From the IMG/VR virus record IMGVR_UViG_3300036851_000232, positions 1 to 61,446 of that record: a DNA stretch of 61,446 bases; one strand, 5' to 3'. Made by a program: the position numbers and the translations under genes. Numbering within the stretch: the stretch's first letter is position 1; every line of letters starts with the position of its first letter. Positions 53,702 to 61,446 of the stretch are shown here, piece by piece. Below the pieces are notes generated by a model, which was not told the origin of the DNA, made no database searches, and worked only from the letters and a program-made list of their open reading frames with translations. Source of the stretch: a virus. Taxonomy: Duplodnaviria > Caudoviricetes.

Positions 53702-54035
53702 CGGTCCACCTCACAGCGCCCGGGCGTGGCGGCGCTGCGCCAACAGCAGCACCCGCCTGATCCGCCGGTCCACGCACCCGGCGTGCGCCCGGCCCGGCCG
53801 GGCCGTGCGCTGGCATGTGCCGCACACCCTGCGCGGCCTCACGCCGCCTCCACCAACGCCCGGCGCAACACCGCGCCCGGCAACGGCAGCCATCGCAGCG
53901 GGGCCCGGCGGTCCAGTGCCTCGCACCGGGACCAGCACAGCGACGACACCGCCACCCGGTCTCACCGCCTCGCCTGGAACCGGGGCCCGGCCCCGGCAAC
54001 GTGGGGAACGACAGGCCGGGCCCCGGGTGTGTGGG

Positions 54036-54302
54036 TTACTCTTCGCCGCCCGTCTCGTCCTCCGCCGGTATCGGCGCGGCGACGGGCTCGGGCTCGAACG
54101 TCAACGTGTATGCCCGGCCGGGCTCGAACCTGTCCGCGACATCGCCGCGCAGCAGCATCCGCAGCTCAAGCGACGGGGTCGCCGCCGCCCAGTCCTTGTT
54201 CCGCCCGTCCTGGTAATCCGGGCAGAAACCCACGGTGGCCTGCCGCTCGGTGCCGTAGGTGAACTCCTGCTTCAGGTTGCACACCACCTTCGCGGTGATC
54301 AC
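54036..54302 (-). CDS. Conserved phage hypothetical protein
   Basis: ITAKV...NKDWAAATPS...FEPGRAYTLTF; GAGGAGG RBS. Confidence 0.75.
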   Translation of the reverse strand: MITAKVVCNLKQEFTYGTERQATVGFCPDYQDGRNKDWAAATPSLELRMLLRGDVADRFEPGRAYTLTFEPEPVAAPIPAEDETGGEE

Positions 54303-54357
54303 AGCGCCTCCTCGGGCACGCGGAAGCCCCGGCACTCGGGAGGAAGACCGGGGCTAG

Positions 54358-54431
54358 TGGCGGGTGTCGGAGTCGAACCGACCTGGCTCGGCGTATGAAA
54401 CCGTTCAGCACGACCGGTGCTGCTACCCGCT
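54358..54431 (-). tRNA. tRNA-Met(CAU)-like, initiator-like/degenerate
   Basis: Folds as AGCGGGT/ACCCGCC acceptor, CAGC/GCTG D-stem, TTCATAC anticodon loop, GTCGG-TTCGACT-CCGAC T-arm. Confidence 0.75.
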
Positions 54432-54490
54432 TCGGTGGTTGCTGGCGATAGATCATCCAGCTTCGCGATCCTATGGAAACCCCTAGAACC

Positions 54491-54757
54491 TCAAGATGCA
54501 AGTTCCTCATCTTTCCCGGCCTGTCGGGCGGGTCGCGGCCGACCCTGCCGCGCGGCACGCCGGGTGTCCCGCTCCACGTCCAACGCGTCCGCCTTGGGCA
54601 CCAACCGCAGCCCCGCCAGACTGATCACGCGCAGCCGACCGTCCCGGATCCATCCGTTGACGGCCTGCGGTGACCGACCGCAGATGACAGCGGCCTCCGC
54701 GACGGTCAGCCATGACCGGGCCACGTCCGGGACGTCATCAAAGCGGGCAGCGGTCAC
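54491..54757 (-). CDS. HTH DNA-binding protein (HTH_17/MerR-like)
   Basis: WLTVAEAAVICGRSPQAVNGWIRDGRL. Confidence 0.75.
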   Translation of the reverse strand: MTAARFDDVPDVARSWLTVAEAAVICGRSPQAVNGWIRDGRLRVISLAGLRLVPKADALDVERDTRRAARQGRPRPARQAGKDEELAS

Positions 54758-55242
54758 AGCGCGAGCCCCAACTGCGCGCCGTCAGGCGGGATCGGGGCGG
54801 GCATCCCGTCCGGCAGCAGCTGCAGCGCGACAAGGCCCGACCCCGTGTAGCCGACCGGTTCGAACCCGGCGCGGCGGAAGCACCGGCCCGGGTCGCGCTT
54901 GCGGCGGACCTTCGACGGGTCAACGAACGTGACCATGCCGAGGTCGGGCACGTCGGGCCACTGCCAACGAGTCGCGGCGACAGCGGCGGTGATCAACTCG
55001 GAGGACAGCACCGCGCCTTCGTTGCGGAACGCGGAGCACACCCAGGCCCCAGCCCACGCGTGCTTCACATACTCAGCGAACGGCCACGACGTGATCCACA
55101 GCGCGGTGTCAGTGGTGAGAACGAGGCAACGGCCGGGAGGGACGAACTGCGGGGCACCGATCGCCTGCCGGTTGTAGTGCCGGTCAGCGATGGCCCGGGC
55201 ATGCGGGTCTGCCCGCCATGACATGTGCCAGCTCGTTGTCAC
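54754..55242 (-). CDS. Mom-like GNAT-fold DNA modification protein (putative)
   Basis: ADRHY, PPG, CSAFRNE..LSSELI, VTFVD, DPGRCFRRAGF pattern resembling Mu Mom-like proteins. Confidence 0.55.
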   Translation of the reverse strand: MTTSWHMSWRADPHARAIADRHYNRQAIGAPQFVPPGRCLVLTTDTALWITSWPFAEYVKHAWAGAWVCSAFRNEGAVLSSELITAAVAATRWQWPDVPDLGMVTFVDPSKVRRKRDPGRCFRRAGFEPVGYTGSGLVALQLLPDGMPAPIPPDGAQLGLAL

Positions 55243-55946
55243 GACACCGCCCGCGCGGTCGCCGCCACCATGTCGTCGTACTCCTGGAGCGTGAGCAGCC
55301 GCCCGCACGTGTCGACCTCGCATTTCACGTGCTTATCCCCACCCTTATGGATCAAGGACCGGCGGTTACAGCGCGGACATGGGATCGGCTTCCGGACGGT
55401 GTCCGGGCTAGTCCGCGACGCCTCCTGCGCCATCCGGTGCAGCCGCAGGATCTCCGCGCCGAAGTCGACGGCCATAGGCGAACCGAGGATCCCGTCGAGG
55501 TGCCGGGTGAGCCAGGACACGCAGCCGATGCCCCTGGGCGCTGTCCGACCCCTCAGCGGCCGCGCGGGCCACTGCCTGAGATCCCGGTAGGCCTGCTCCC
55601 ATTCCTCCAGCGTGGTGAGGATCTCGTCCACGTCGTCGGCCTTCGGCGCCGGGCTGGGCGAGCCCGCGCTGCCGGACACCTTGTCGCCGGCCTGGCCGCG
55701 CTTACCGGCGACCTCGGCCTCCAGGATCGCGGTCAGGTCGTCGAGCTCGGCCAGGCACGCGCGGATGATGCTGGCGCAGCGGCGACACCACACGGGCTGG
55801 CCGGGCTCGGGCCTGAGGGTGTGCGGCTGAGGCGGGTCGCTGTCCTCGCCGCCCAGGACCCGGTTCATGTGGCCGGCCACCGCGGCCCGGTACGCCTCCT
55901 CGGCCTTGCGGTGGGCGGCGTTGCACGGGCCGGGGCAGTTGCTCAT
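55239..55946 (-). CDS. Zinc-finger protein, possible late-gene regulator
   Basis: WCRRC and CPRC...C...CG; common position before HTH and terminase. Confidence 0.6.
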   Translation of the reverse strand: MSNCPGPCNAAHRKAEEAYRAAVAGHMNRVLGGEDSDPPQPHTLRPEPGQPVWCRRCASIIRACLAELDDLTAILEAEVAGKRGQAGDKVSGSAGSPSPAPKADDVDEILTTLEEWEQAYRDLRQWPARPLRGRTAPRGIGCVSWLTRHLDGILGSPMAVDFGAEILRLHRMAQEASRTSPDTVRKPIPCPRCNRRSLIHKGGDKHVKCEVDTCGRLLTLQEYDDMVAATARAVS

Positions 55947-56296
55947 TGCCGCCTCCGCAGCAGCAGCCCGCCGCGCTGTACGTGGTCACGTGTCTCGGCG
56001 TCCAGACCTTGCACGGTCCGGGGCCGGAACCATTCCCAGGCCGGTTCGGGGATGTGCGCTGGCCGCGGCCCCTGCGGGTACATCATCGACCCCGCTGTGC
56101 CGGGGCAGTCGCCCTCGCGGCCGGATGCTCGGCAGGCGAGAAACATCGGGGTGACACCGTCGTCCACGTCGATGGTGACGGTCAAGCCACCGCAGTCGCG
56201 GCACCGGTAGGCGTTCTCACGGCCGTTGAACCCGGACGGCGAGTTGGGGGGCGGGGGACTCGTCCGACCGGTCCCGAGTCGTCTGCGGTTGCTCAC
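55943..56296 (-). CDS. Hypothetical zinc-ribbon protein
   Basis: NAYRCRDCG...GVTPMFLAC...HVQRGGL. Confidence 0.6.
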   Translation of the reverse strand: MSNRRRLGTGRTSPPPPNSPSGFNGRENAYRCRDCGGLTVTIDVDDGVTPMFLACRASGREGDCPGTAGSMMYPQGPRPAHIPEPAWEWFRPRTVQGLDAETRDHVQRGGLLLRRRQ

Positions 56297-56520
56297 CCGA
56301 ACATCGCCTCCTGAACCTCGACGCCCCGGCAGCCGCCGCACACCGGGTCGGCCGCATCCGGGGGCACCTCGAGCCACAGCTCGGCTGGCACGAGCTCCCG
56401 GCCGCACACCGTCCAGCCCGACGGGTAGCCCTCACCTGGGCCGGGCAGGACGGTGTCGCGGCCGTGGTCGAGGAGGTGCGCGCCGGACCAGGGCTCACGC
56501 GCCGAGGCGACGAACGTCAT
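56293..56520 (-). CDS. Hypothetical protein
   Basis: Start MTFVAS, coupled. Confidence 0.5.
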   Translation of the reverse strand: MTFVASAREPWSGAHLLDHGRDTVLPGPGEGYPSGWTVCGRELVPAELWLEVPPDAADPVCGGCRGVEVQEAMFG

Positions 56521-57002
56521 CGCCTCATCACCTTCAACGCTTGCGCCGCCCACCCGCCGCAGTAGTCCGCCGGCGTGCCGTCGGCCTTGTACGGCCGGCC
56601 GTCGATGATCGGCGGCGAATACGCGAACGGCGACCCGGGCACGGTCGCCCCGGACGGGTGCCGCCAATGGGTCGGCCGGCGGATGCCCTGGTGGCACCAG
56701 AACGGGTCGCCAGACTCAACCAGTCGCCGCAGCAAATACTCGTCGCCGGCCGCCTTCGGATCACCCGTGCGTTCCGGGCTGCCGGGCCGGTACGCGCAGT
56801 CCACGCACATCGACGGCCGCACGGCCGCGTCCAGGTCGGTGCGCGGCTCGGTCTGCTCCACCTCGTACACCGACTCCCAGCAGGTACACCGGGCCGGGCC
56901 GTACTCGGCGGAGCCGTAACAGCAGGGCACCTCGGCGTTGCCGACGTCCGGCCAGTCCCCGTCGATGCATTTGTCCATGCACATGAAACCGCCGTCGCTC
57001 AC
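56517..57002 (-). CDS. Cys-rich hypothetical protein (C.DCAYRP...F.CH...CGGW)
   Basis: GTG 57002 after GGGAGGG. Confidence 0.65.
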   Translation of the reverse strand: MSDGGFMCMDKCIDGDWPDVGNAEVPCCYGSAEYGPARCTCWESVYEVEQTEPRTDLDAAVRPSMCVDCAYRPGSPERTGDPKAAGDEYLLRRLVESGDPFWCHQGIRRPTHWRHPSGATVPGSPFAYSPPIIDGRPYKADGTPADYCGGWAAQALKVMRR

Positions 57003-57241
57003 AGCAGCCCTCCCGCTGGCCCGTCCTTCGGCATGCCGTCCCGGTCGGCCCCGCAGCGGCAGCAGAACCAGCGGATCATCGCGTCCGCTGGATGCCACCA
57101 GTGCCCGCCCGCCTGGCGGCAACGCCGCTCACGTCGCCATTGGTGCCACCACGACGAGTCGCGGATCGGCGGGGCGGGCATCCACACGCCGGGCGCGACC
57201 TCCTGCTGGATCGGGTGCTCCGGATGAGTCGTCTGGCTCAT
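56999..57241 (-). CDS. Hypothetical protein
   Basis: ORF track; coupled. Confidence 0.55.
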   Translation of the reverse strand: MSQTTHPEHPIQQEVAPGVWMPAPPIRDSSWWHQWRRERRCRQAGGHWWHPADAMIRWFCCRCGADRDGMPKDGPAGGLL

Positions 57242-57399
57242 GTCAATCCTCTCGTCTCAACGTCGACCACCGGCCGGGGCAGCACGCACCAGTCGCAGCC
57301 GCACCCCGGCGGGCACTCCTCATCGGCGTCGTCGAGGCAGAGCAGACACACCTGCCAGTCGTCCCATTCGGTCAGGAGGCCGCAGCGCACGCAGATCAC
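57238..57399 (-). CDS. Small Cys-rich protein
   Basis: VICVRCG...CLLC...CGCDWC; coupled. Confidence 0.45.
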   Translation of the reverse strand: MICVRCGLLTEWDDWQVCLLCLDDADEECPPGCGCDWCVLPRPVVDVETRGLT

Positions 57400-57836
57400 A
57401 GCCCGGTCACCACCCTCAGCACGCGGAAGAACCCGCGCACCACCCGACCGCGCCAGCCGTCCGCCTCCCCGATGTCGCGGATCGACAGCAGGTTCGGGCA
57501 CAGCGCACGCGGCTTGACCGTCATGCTCGACCCGAGGTACGGCGTCTTCGCGCTCGTCGCCTTCCACGCCGCGGCCCGCGCATCGGCGCACGACGGGCAG
57601 GCGTACAGGTCGCCGCCGTCCCACGACCTGTCCTGCGAGCAGTCCGCGCCGCAGTACCGGCAATGCGGCCCGGTCGGCGCGGTGGACTCGGTGCCGCCGA
57701 TTCGCTCATCCGGCGCGTCCGGAGGCGTGACACCGGACCCGCCGGGTGGCGGTCGATCTGGTTTCGCCCTGTCGCTGACTGGCTGACCCGGCGGACGCTG
57801 CGGCCTGCCGGAGGTCCAGTCCCAACGCCACATCAC
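57396..57836 (-). CDS. Hypothetical protein
   Basis: ORF track; GGAGG RBS. Confidence 0.5.
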   Translation of the reverse strand: MMWRWDWTSGRPQRPPGQPVSDRAKPDRPPPGGSGVTPPDAPDERIGGTESTAPTGPHCRYCGADCSQDRSWDGGDLYACPSCADARAAAWKATSAKTPYLGSSMTVKPRALCPNLLSIRDIGEADGWRGRVVRGFFRVLRVVTGL

Positions 57837-58459
57837 GCCGCACCTCCCGCCTCGAGCTCCCCCGCCGCCCCGAACAGCCGGCGGATACCGGCCGCCACCA
57901 CCACCCGCACCGCCTCATCGTCCGGGTCATGACCCAGCTCGGCCAGGATCCAGCGCTGCGCCTCCGCCAACCGGTCACCCTGCTGCTCAGCCACCCGCAC
58001 CATCCGATCCCCCAGCTGCGCGTCGTCCATCACCTTCGCCGTCGCCCTGAGTTCGGCCTCGGCGCGCCACAGCAGCTCCACCCACACCGCCGGCTTCTCG
58101 AACCGGCCCGTCATGTCGGTCTGCTTCAGCTCGCCGACCGGCAGGCTGGCGACGATCGCGTGCAGGAACATCACCTGCCCCACCCAGCGGGCCAGCTGGT
58201 CGGTCAGGACCTGGCCGGGTGGCTGATCCTGCGGCAGATTCCGGTCGGCGAGGTATGCGGCGATGGACCGTTCCGCGGCCTGCGCCTCGAGGCGGCGGGC
58301 GGCGGCGGCGATGACTTGTGGGGCGTGGCCGCCGTGGCGGGGGCACACCGCCGATCCGTTCCGCGGGTATCGCATGCATGGCTGCTCGGCTTGGTTGTGC
58401 GCGGTGCAGCGTGGATGCGGTTTCCCGCAGCGGGGGCAGTCGATGGGGTCGGTCATCAT
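57833..58459 (-). CDS. HGG-motif protein, terminase small subunit-like
   Basis: CTAH....PC......VCPRHGGHAPQV..AA.RR N-terminus, helical C-terminus. Confidence 0.6.
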   Translation of the reverse strand: MMTDPIDCPRCGKPHPRCTAHNQAEQPCMRYPRNGSAVCPRHGGHAPQVIAAAARRLEAQAAERSIAAYLADRNLPQDQPPGQVLTDQLARWVGQVMFLHAIVASLPVGELKQTDMTGRFEKPAVWVELLWRAEAELRATAKVMDDAQLGDRMVRVAEQQGDRLAEAQRWILAELGHDPDDEAVRVVVAAGIRRLFGAAGELEAGGAA

Positions 58460-58471
58460 GCTGCTGCGATC

Positions 58472-58888
58472 TCAGAACGGTGGTTCGTCATCGAGCCGCT
58501 CCTCTTCTCGATTCGGGGCCGGGACCGGCGGCGAGGCGTCGAGCGGCGGCAGGGGGTCGTGGCATTTGTGATCAGCGACCACATGAGCGTCGGTGCCGGC
58601 GGGTCGTCCGGTGATCCTCAAAGCGTCGCGGCGGTTGATCTCGTAGTGGTCGCCGCGCCAGGTGAGCTGGTAGGTGGCGCGGCCGGTGAGGAGCGCGGAG
58701 GCCTCGCCGCAGGGTTCGAGGGGGTGGGGGTCGCAGGTGGCGGGGAGAGCGGCCCGGTCATCGTCGAGGCCTCGGAGGACTACTTGCCCGCAGTTGCGGC
58801 AGAGGGTGGTGCGAGCGCGACGGCTGATGCCGTCGGGGTTGTGGCGGCCGATGGTTTCGAGGTGGGTCTGCAGCCAGGTGGGGATCAT
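58472..58888 (-). CDS. Conserved actinophage hypothetical protein after primase
   Basis: CRNCG.VVLRGLD...DPHPL...GE..ALLTGR.TY; AGGAGG RBS. Confidence 0.65.
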   Translation of the reverse strand: MIPTWLQTHLETIGRHNPDGISRRARTTLCRNCGQVVLRGLDDDRAALPATCDPHPLEPCGEASALLTGRATYQLTWRGDHYEINRRDALRITGRPAGTDAHVVADHKCHDPLPPLDASPPVPAPNREEERLDDEPPF

Positions 58889-61446
58889 GTGGGGATTTCC
58901 TCCTGGATGGTGCTGGCGGAGCAGAGGTCGGCGGTGGCGCCGCAGGTGAGGCAGACCTCGCCAGGTGTTTTCGGTGTCCAGGGCGGACACGCGGCCCGTG
59001 CGGGGTTTGCGGGCTTTGCGGGGTCTGTTTCCGGCCCACGCTCATGGCCATTTTCTGTTGATCTTTCCCCTAGTCCGGTTTGTACCGTATTGATCTGGAG
59101 GTCTTCTCGCGCGGTGAGGAAATTAGAACCCGCAAACACCGCAAACCCCGCAGGTTCATATCGCTGGACCCGCCATAACTTGATCTTGTCGTGGGCGTTT
59201 TGCCCGGCCTGCCGGACCGACAGGTCACCCGCCCAGCGGCCATCCCGGTTGGCCAACCAGCGGCCCAACGACTTGCCGATCACCGACAACCCGGCCTTGG
59301 ACCTGGCCGCCTTGTCCGCGAGATCGGCAGGCAGCGCGTCGAGGGGGATCGGGTGCGCGGCCTTCCACTGCCTGACGATTTCGCTGTCGTCGGCGAACCG
59401 TGCCGTGTCGTCGCCGGTGTCGACCTTGGCCAGCAGCTCCTTGACCGACCACGTGCCCTCGCCGAACGCGGCCTGGGCGGCAGCGAGGAAGTTGTGCCAG
59501 TCGTCGTCGTCGGTGCCGACGTCGAGTCGCGTGTCATCGTGATCGAACACCCCGGGCATGCCCGCATGGGCGAGGATGCCGCGGATGGTGCGGACCCAGG
59601 TCGTGTAGCTGTCGCTGCCTGCCTGCCCGCCAAGCGGCTTACCGGCGATGATCCAGGCGCGGGCGAAGGTGAGCAGCGCGGCCAGGAGTTCGCCGCGGCG
59701 GTCCCGGACCCAGGTCTCGAGGTCGGTGATGGCGAAGCCGGTGCGGCGTTCCGGGTTGGGCACACCCGGGTCGATTTCGACGGGGATGGTGCGCCGGGGC
59801 AGGTCACCGCCGATCGCGATGTTGTTCCCGGTGATCATCCACAGCCGGTCGTTGCGGCGGGAGATCATCTCGTTGGAGCCGAGCCGGCGGTCGTCCCATT
59901 GGGGGGAGGTGAGCAGCCCCGACAGGGTGGAGGAGCGGAGCACGCCGGTGACGTTGTCGATGTGGATGACGGGGCCGGTGGTGACGTCGAGGATCGCGCT
60001 GATCTGTTTCCGAAGTTCCGCGTCGTCTTCGGGCATTTCGGCGCGGAACACGCCGCCGTGGATGATGCGGTTGACGGTGGCGAGGAGGGTTTTGCCGCTG
60101 CCGGGTTGCGGCGCGGTGATCGCGGTGAGCTTGTACGGCGGTGGTGTGATCTGGCGGAGCAGGGGGGTGAGCAGTGCCCCGAGGTAGTTCGCCTTGTGGT
60201 GGTCGGTGACGAACGGGAACCCGGCGACCATCTCGTGTATCAGCGCGACCGCTGCGCCGAGTTGCGTCGTGGTGGGTGTGTCGGGGACGGGGGGCATGTC
60301 GAAGCCGGGTTCGGGGAGGTGGAGGAGGCCGCTGGCCTGGTCGTAGCCGGGGGCGGTGAGCATGGTGCCGTCGCGTCGCAGGATCGGGGTGTGGGTGACG
60401 CCGCGTAGCCTGCGAAGGTTGGGCAGCATGTCGGGCACGTCTACCGGGATTTTCGCGGCGGCGGCGGGGAATGTGGCGTGCACCTTGACGGGGTCGTCTT
60501 TCGGGCCGGCGCGCCGATAGCACCAGTACATGTAGGTCATCCTTGCGGCGAGCGCGGAGGCGGTGACGGGGCGGACCTGCGCGGGCCCGTCGGTGTCGTC
60601 GTCGTCGCCGGTGAGGGGGACGTACCCGTCTTCGTTCTCCCGCGGGGTGTGGACGATGTCTCCGGTGCGGTTGAACATGCCGGCGAGCCGGCCGGTGCCG
60701 GTGTTGTCGCGGAGCCAGTCGGCGGCGTCGGCGGGGAGAGTGACGTCGAACTCCGGTCGTGTCATCTCGGTGTCTGGCTGATCGGGGGCCGGTTCGTCAG
60801 TGTCGGGGCCGGCGAGTTCGCACAGGTCGCTGTCGGGCTTGGGTGCTGGCCCGCCGTAGCCCTGCCGTCGAAGTTCTTTGGCGGCGGTGCTGTAGTTCCC
60901 GCCGTGTTCGAGGTGGGTGTGTGCGGCGAACTTCGAGTAGGGCTTCTCGGTGTCGAAGATCGTGGAGGTGGAGAAAACGTAGAGCCGGTCCGCGCCGTCG
61001 GCGGAGGTGCCGGTGGTGGCGGAGATGACGGTGCCGGTCTTGCCGGGGCGGCACCAGCCGAGGCCGCCGCCGGTGAGGCGGCGGGTGATGCGCCAGCCGT
61101 GGGGTTCGAGGATGTCGGTCCAGGTGGCTTTCTGGTTGTAGTCGTCGCCGGGCCGGGCTCCTGTCCCGTCATAGGTCGCCGTGTTCTGGTTGCCCCATGT
61201 TTCTGCTGGCAAAGTTTCGGCGGGCATCTGGTCGAGCAGCGTGGCGACGGCGTGCAGGGCGTCGCGTTCGTCTTCCGAAATGAGGGGGATGGTGGCGGGG
61301 TCACCGACGAGGGCGGTCCAGGCTTTGCTGGAGGGGTGGGTGCGGCCGGCGGAGGGGGCGGTGATGACGTAGCCGCCTTCGCCGCGGGTTTCGATAAGGG
61401 TGTAGATCTTCTGGTCGGGGTTGGTCGCGAGTTCAGCTGTGGTGGC
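58885..61446 (-). CDS. Bifunctional primase/polymerase-helicase, central and C-terminal P-loop part (starts at 554 across the join)
   Basis: RPGDDYN..W.DILEPHGW, WCRPGK, LYVFSTST; APQPGSGKT Walker A, IDNV, ITGNN. Confidence 0.88.
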   Translation of the reverse strand, partial: ATTAELATNPDQKIYTLIETRGEGGYVITAPSAGRTHPSSKAWTALVGDPATIPLISEDERDALHAVATLLDQMPAETLPAETWGNQNTATYDGTGARPGDDYNQKATWTDILEPHGWRITRRLTGGGLGWCRPGKTGTVISATTGTSADGADRLYVFSTSTIFDTEKPYSKFAAHTHLEHGGNYSTAAKELRRQGYGGPAPKPDSDLCELAGPDTDEPAPDQPDTEMTRPEFDVTLPADAADWLRDNTGTGRLAGMFNRTGDIVHTPRENEDGYVPLTGDDDDTDGPAQVRPVTASALAARMTYMYWCYRRAGPKDDPVKVHATFPAAAAKIPVDVPDMLPNLRRLRGVTHTPILRRDGTMLTAPGYDQASGLLHLPEPGFDMPPVPDTPTTTQLGAAVALIHEMVAGFPFVTDHHKANYLGALLTPLLRQITPPPYKLTAITAPQPGSGKTLLATVNRIIHGGVFRAEMPEDDAELRKQISAILDVTTGPVIHIDNVTGVLRSSTLSGLLTSPQWDDRRLGSNEMISRRNDRLWMITGNNIAIGGDLPRRTIPVEIDPGVPNPERRTGFAITDLETWVRDRRGELLAALLTFARAWIIAGKPLGGQAGSDSYTTWVRTIRGILAHAGMPGVFDHDDTRLDVGTDDDDWHNFLAAAQAAFGEGTWSVKELLAKVDTGDDTARFADDSEIVRQWKAAHPIPLDALPADLADKAARSKAGLSVIGKSLGRWLANRDGRWAGDLSVRQAGQNAHDKIKLWRVQRYEPAGFAVFAGSNFLTAREDLQINTVQTGLGERSTENGHERGPETDPAKPANPARAACPPWTPKTPGEVCLTCGATADLCSASTIQEEIPT
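58999..59152. repeat. Inverted 9-bp-period triplets flanking AT-richer spacer, candidate replication origin
   Basis: TGCGGGGTTTGCGGGCTTTGCGGGG (58999-59023) and CCCGCAAACACCGCAAACCCCGCA (59129-59152). Confidence 0.55.
61295..61446. repeat. Terminal direct repeat / assembly overlap (copy 2)
   Basis: Matches 1-152 with one mismatch. Confidence 0.95.

Noticed and set aside
49281-54262. Long + strand ORFs of 792 and 801 aa (also 38062..40530, 8072..9277, 28205..29554 and similar)
   Set aside because: Shadow frames of portal, terminase and other minus-strand genes, expected at high GC; no recognisable motifs.
54358-54431. tRNA as an attP/attB remnant
   Set aside because: Full-length single copy far from the immunity region, with no recombinase next to it.

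Overview
The window is an apparently complete, circularly closable genome (about 61.3 kb, roughly 70% GC) of a siphovirus-type actinobacteriophage. Positions 1-152 repeat 61295-61446 with one mismatch, and a Prim-Pol/helicase gene reads through that join. Nearly all genes are on the minus strand. The early/replication arm has Cro-like HTH, ParB-DUF4326, HNH, Cas4-like exonuclease, SSB, RuvC, WhiB, DNA methylase and Prim-Pol-helicase genes. The late arm has a Mom-like GNAT, a tRNA-Met-like gene, terminase, portal, MuF, protease/scaffold, capsid, neck, tail, tape measure, amidase and holin. A divergent CI/Cro switch with palindromic operators is present, but I can find no integrase and no ParA. 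In the slot beside the repressor where an integrase usually sits there is instead an actinomycete plasmid/AICE-type conjugation module. It consists of a GntR (KorSA/TraR-like) regulator, a DUF2637/Spd-like membrane protein, a small membrane protein and a TraB-like FtsK/SpoIIIE translocase. A clt-like repeat cluster follows the translocase, and the module carries a strong local excess of the palindromic motif CGGTACC(G). The best reading is a temperate phage-plasmid that may spread both as virions and by TraB-type dsDNA conjugation; this is inference. All family assignments come from motif recognition by eye, not from database searches.
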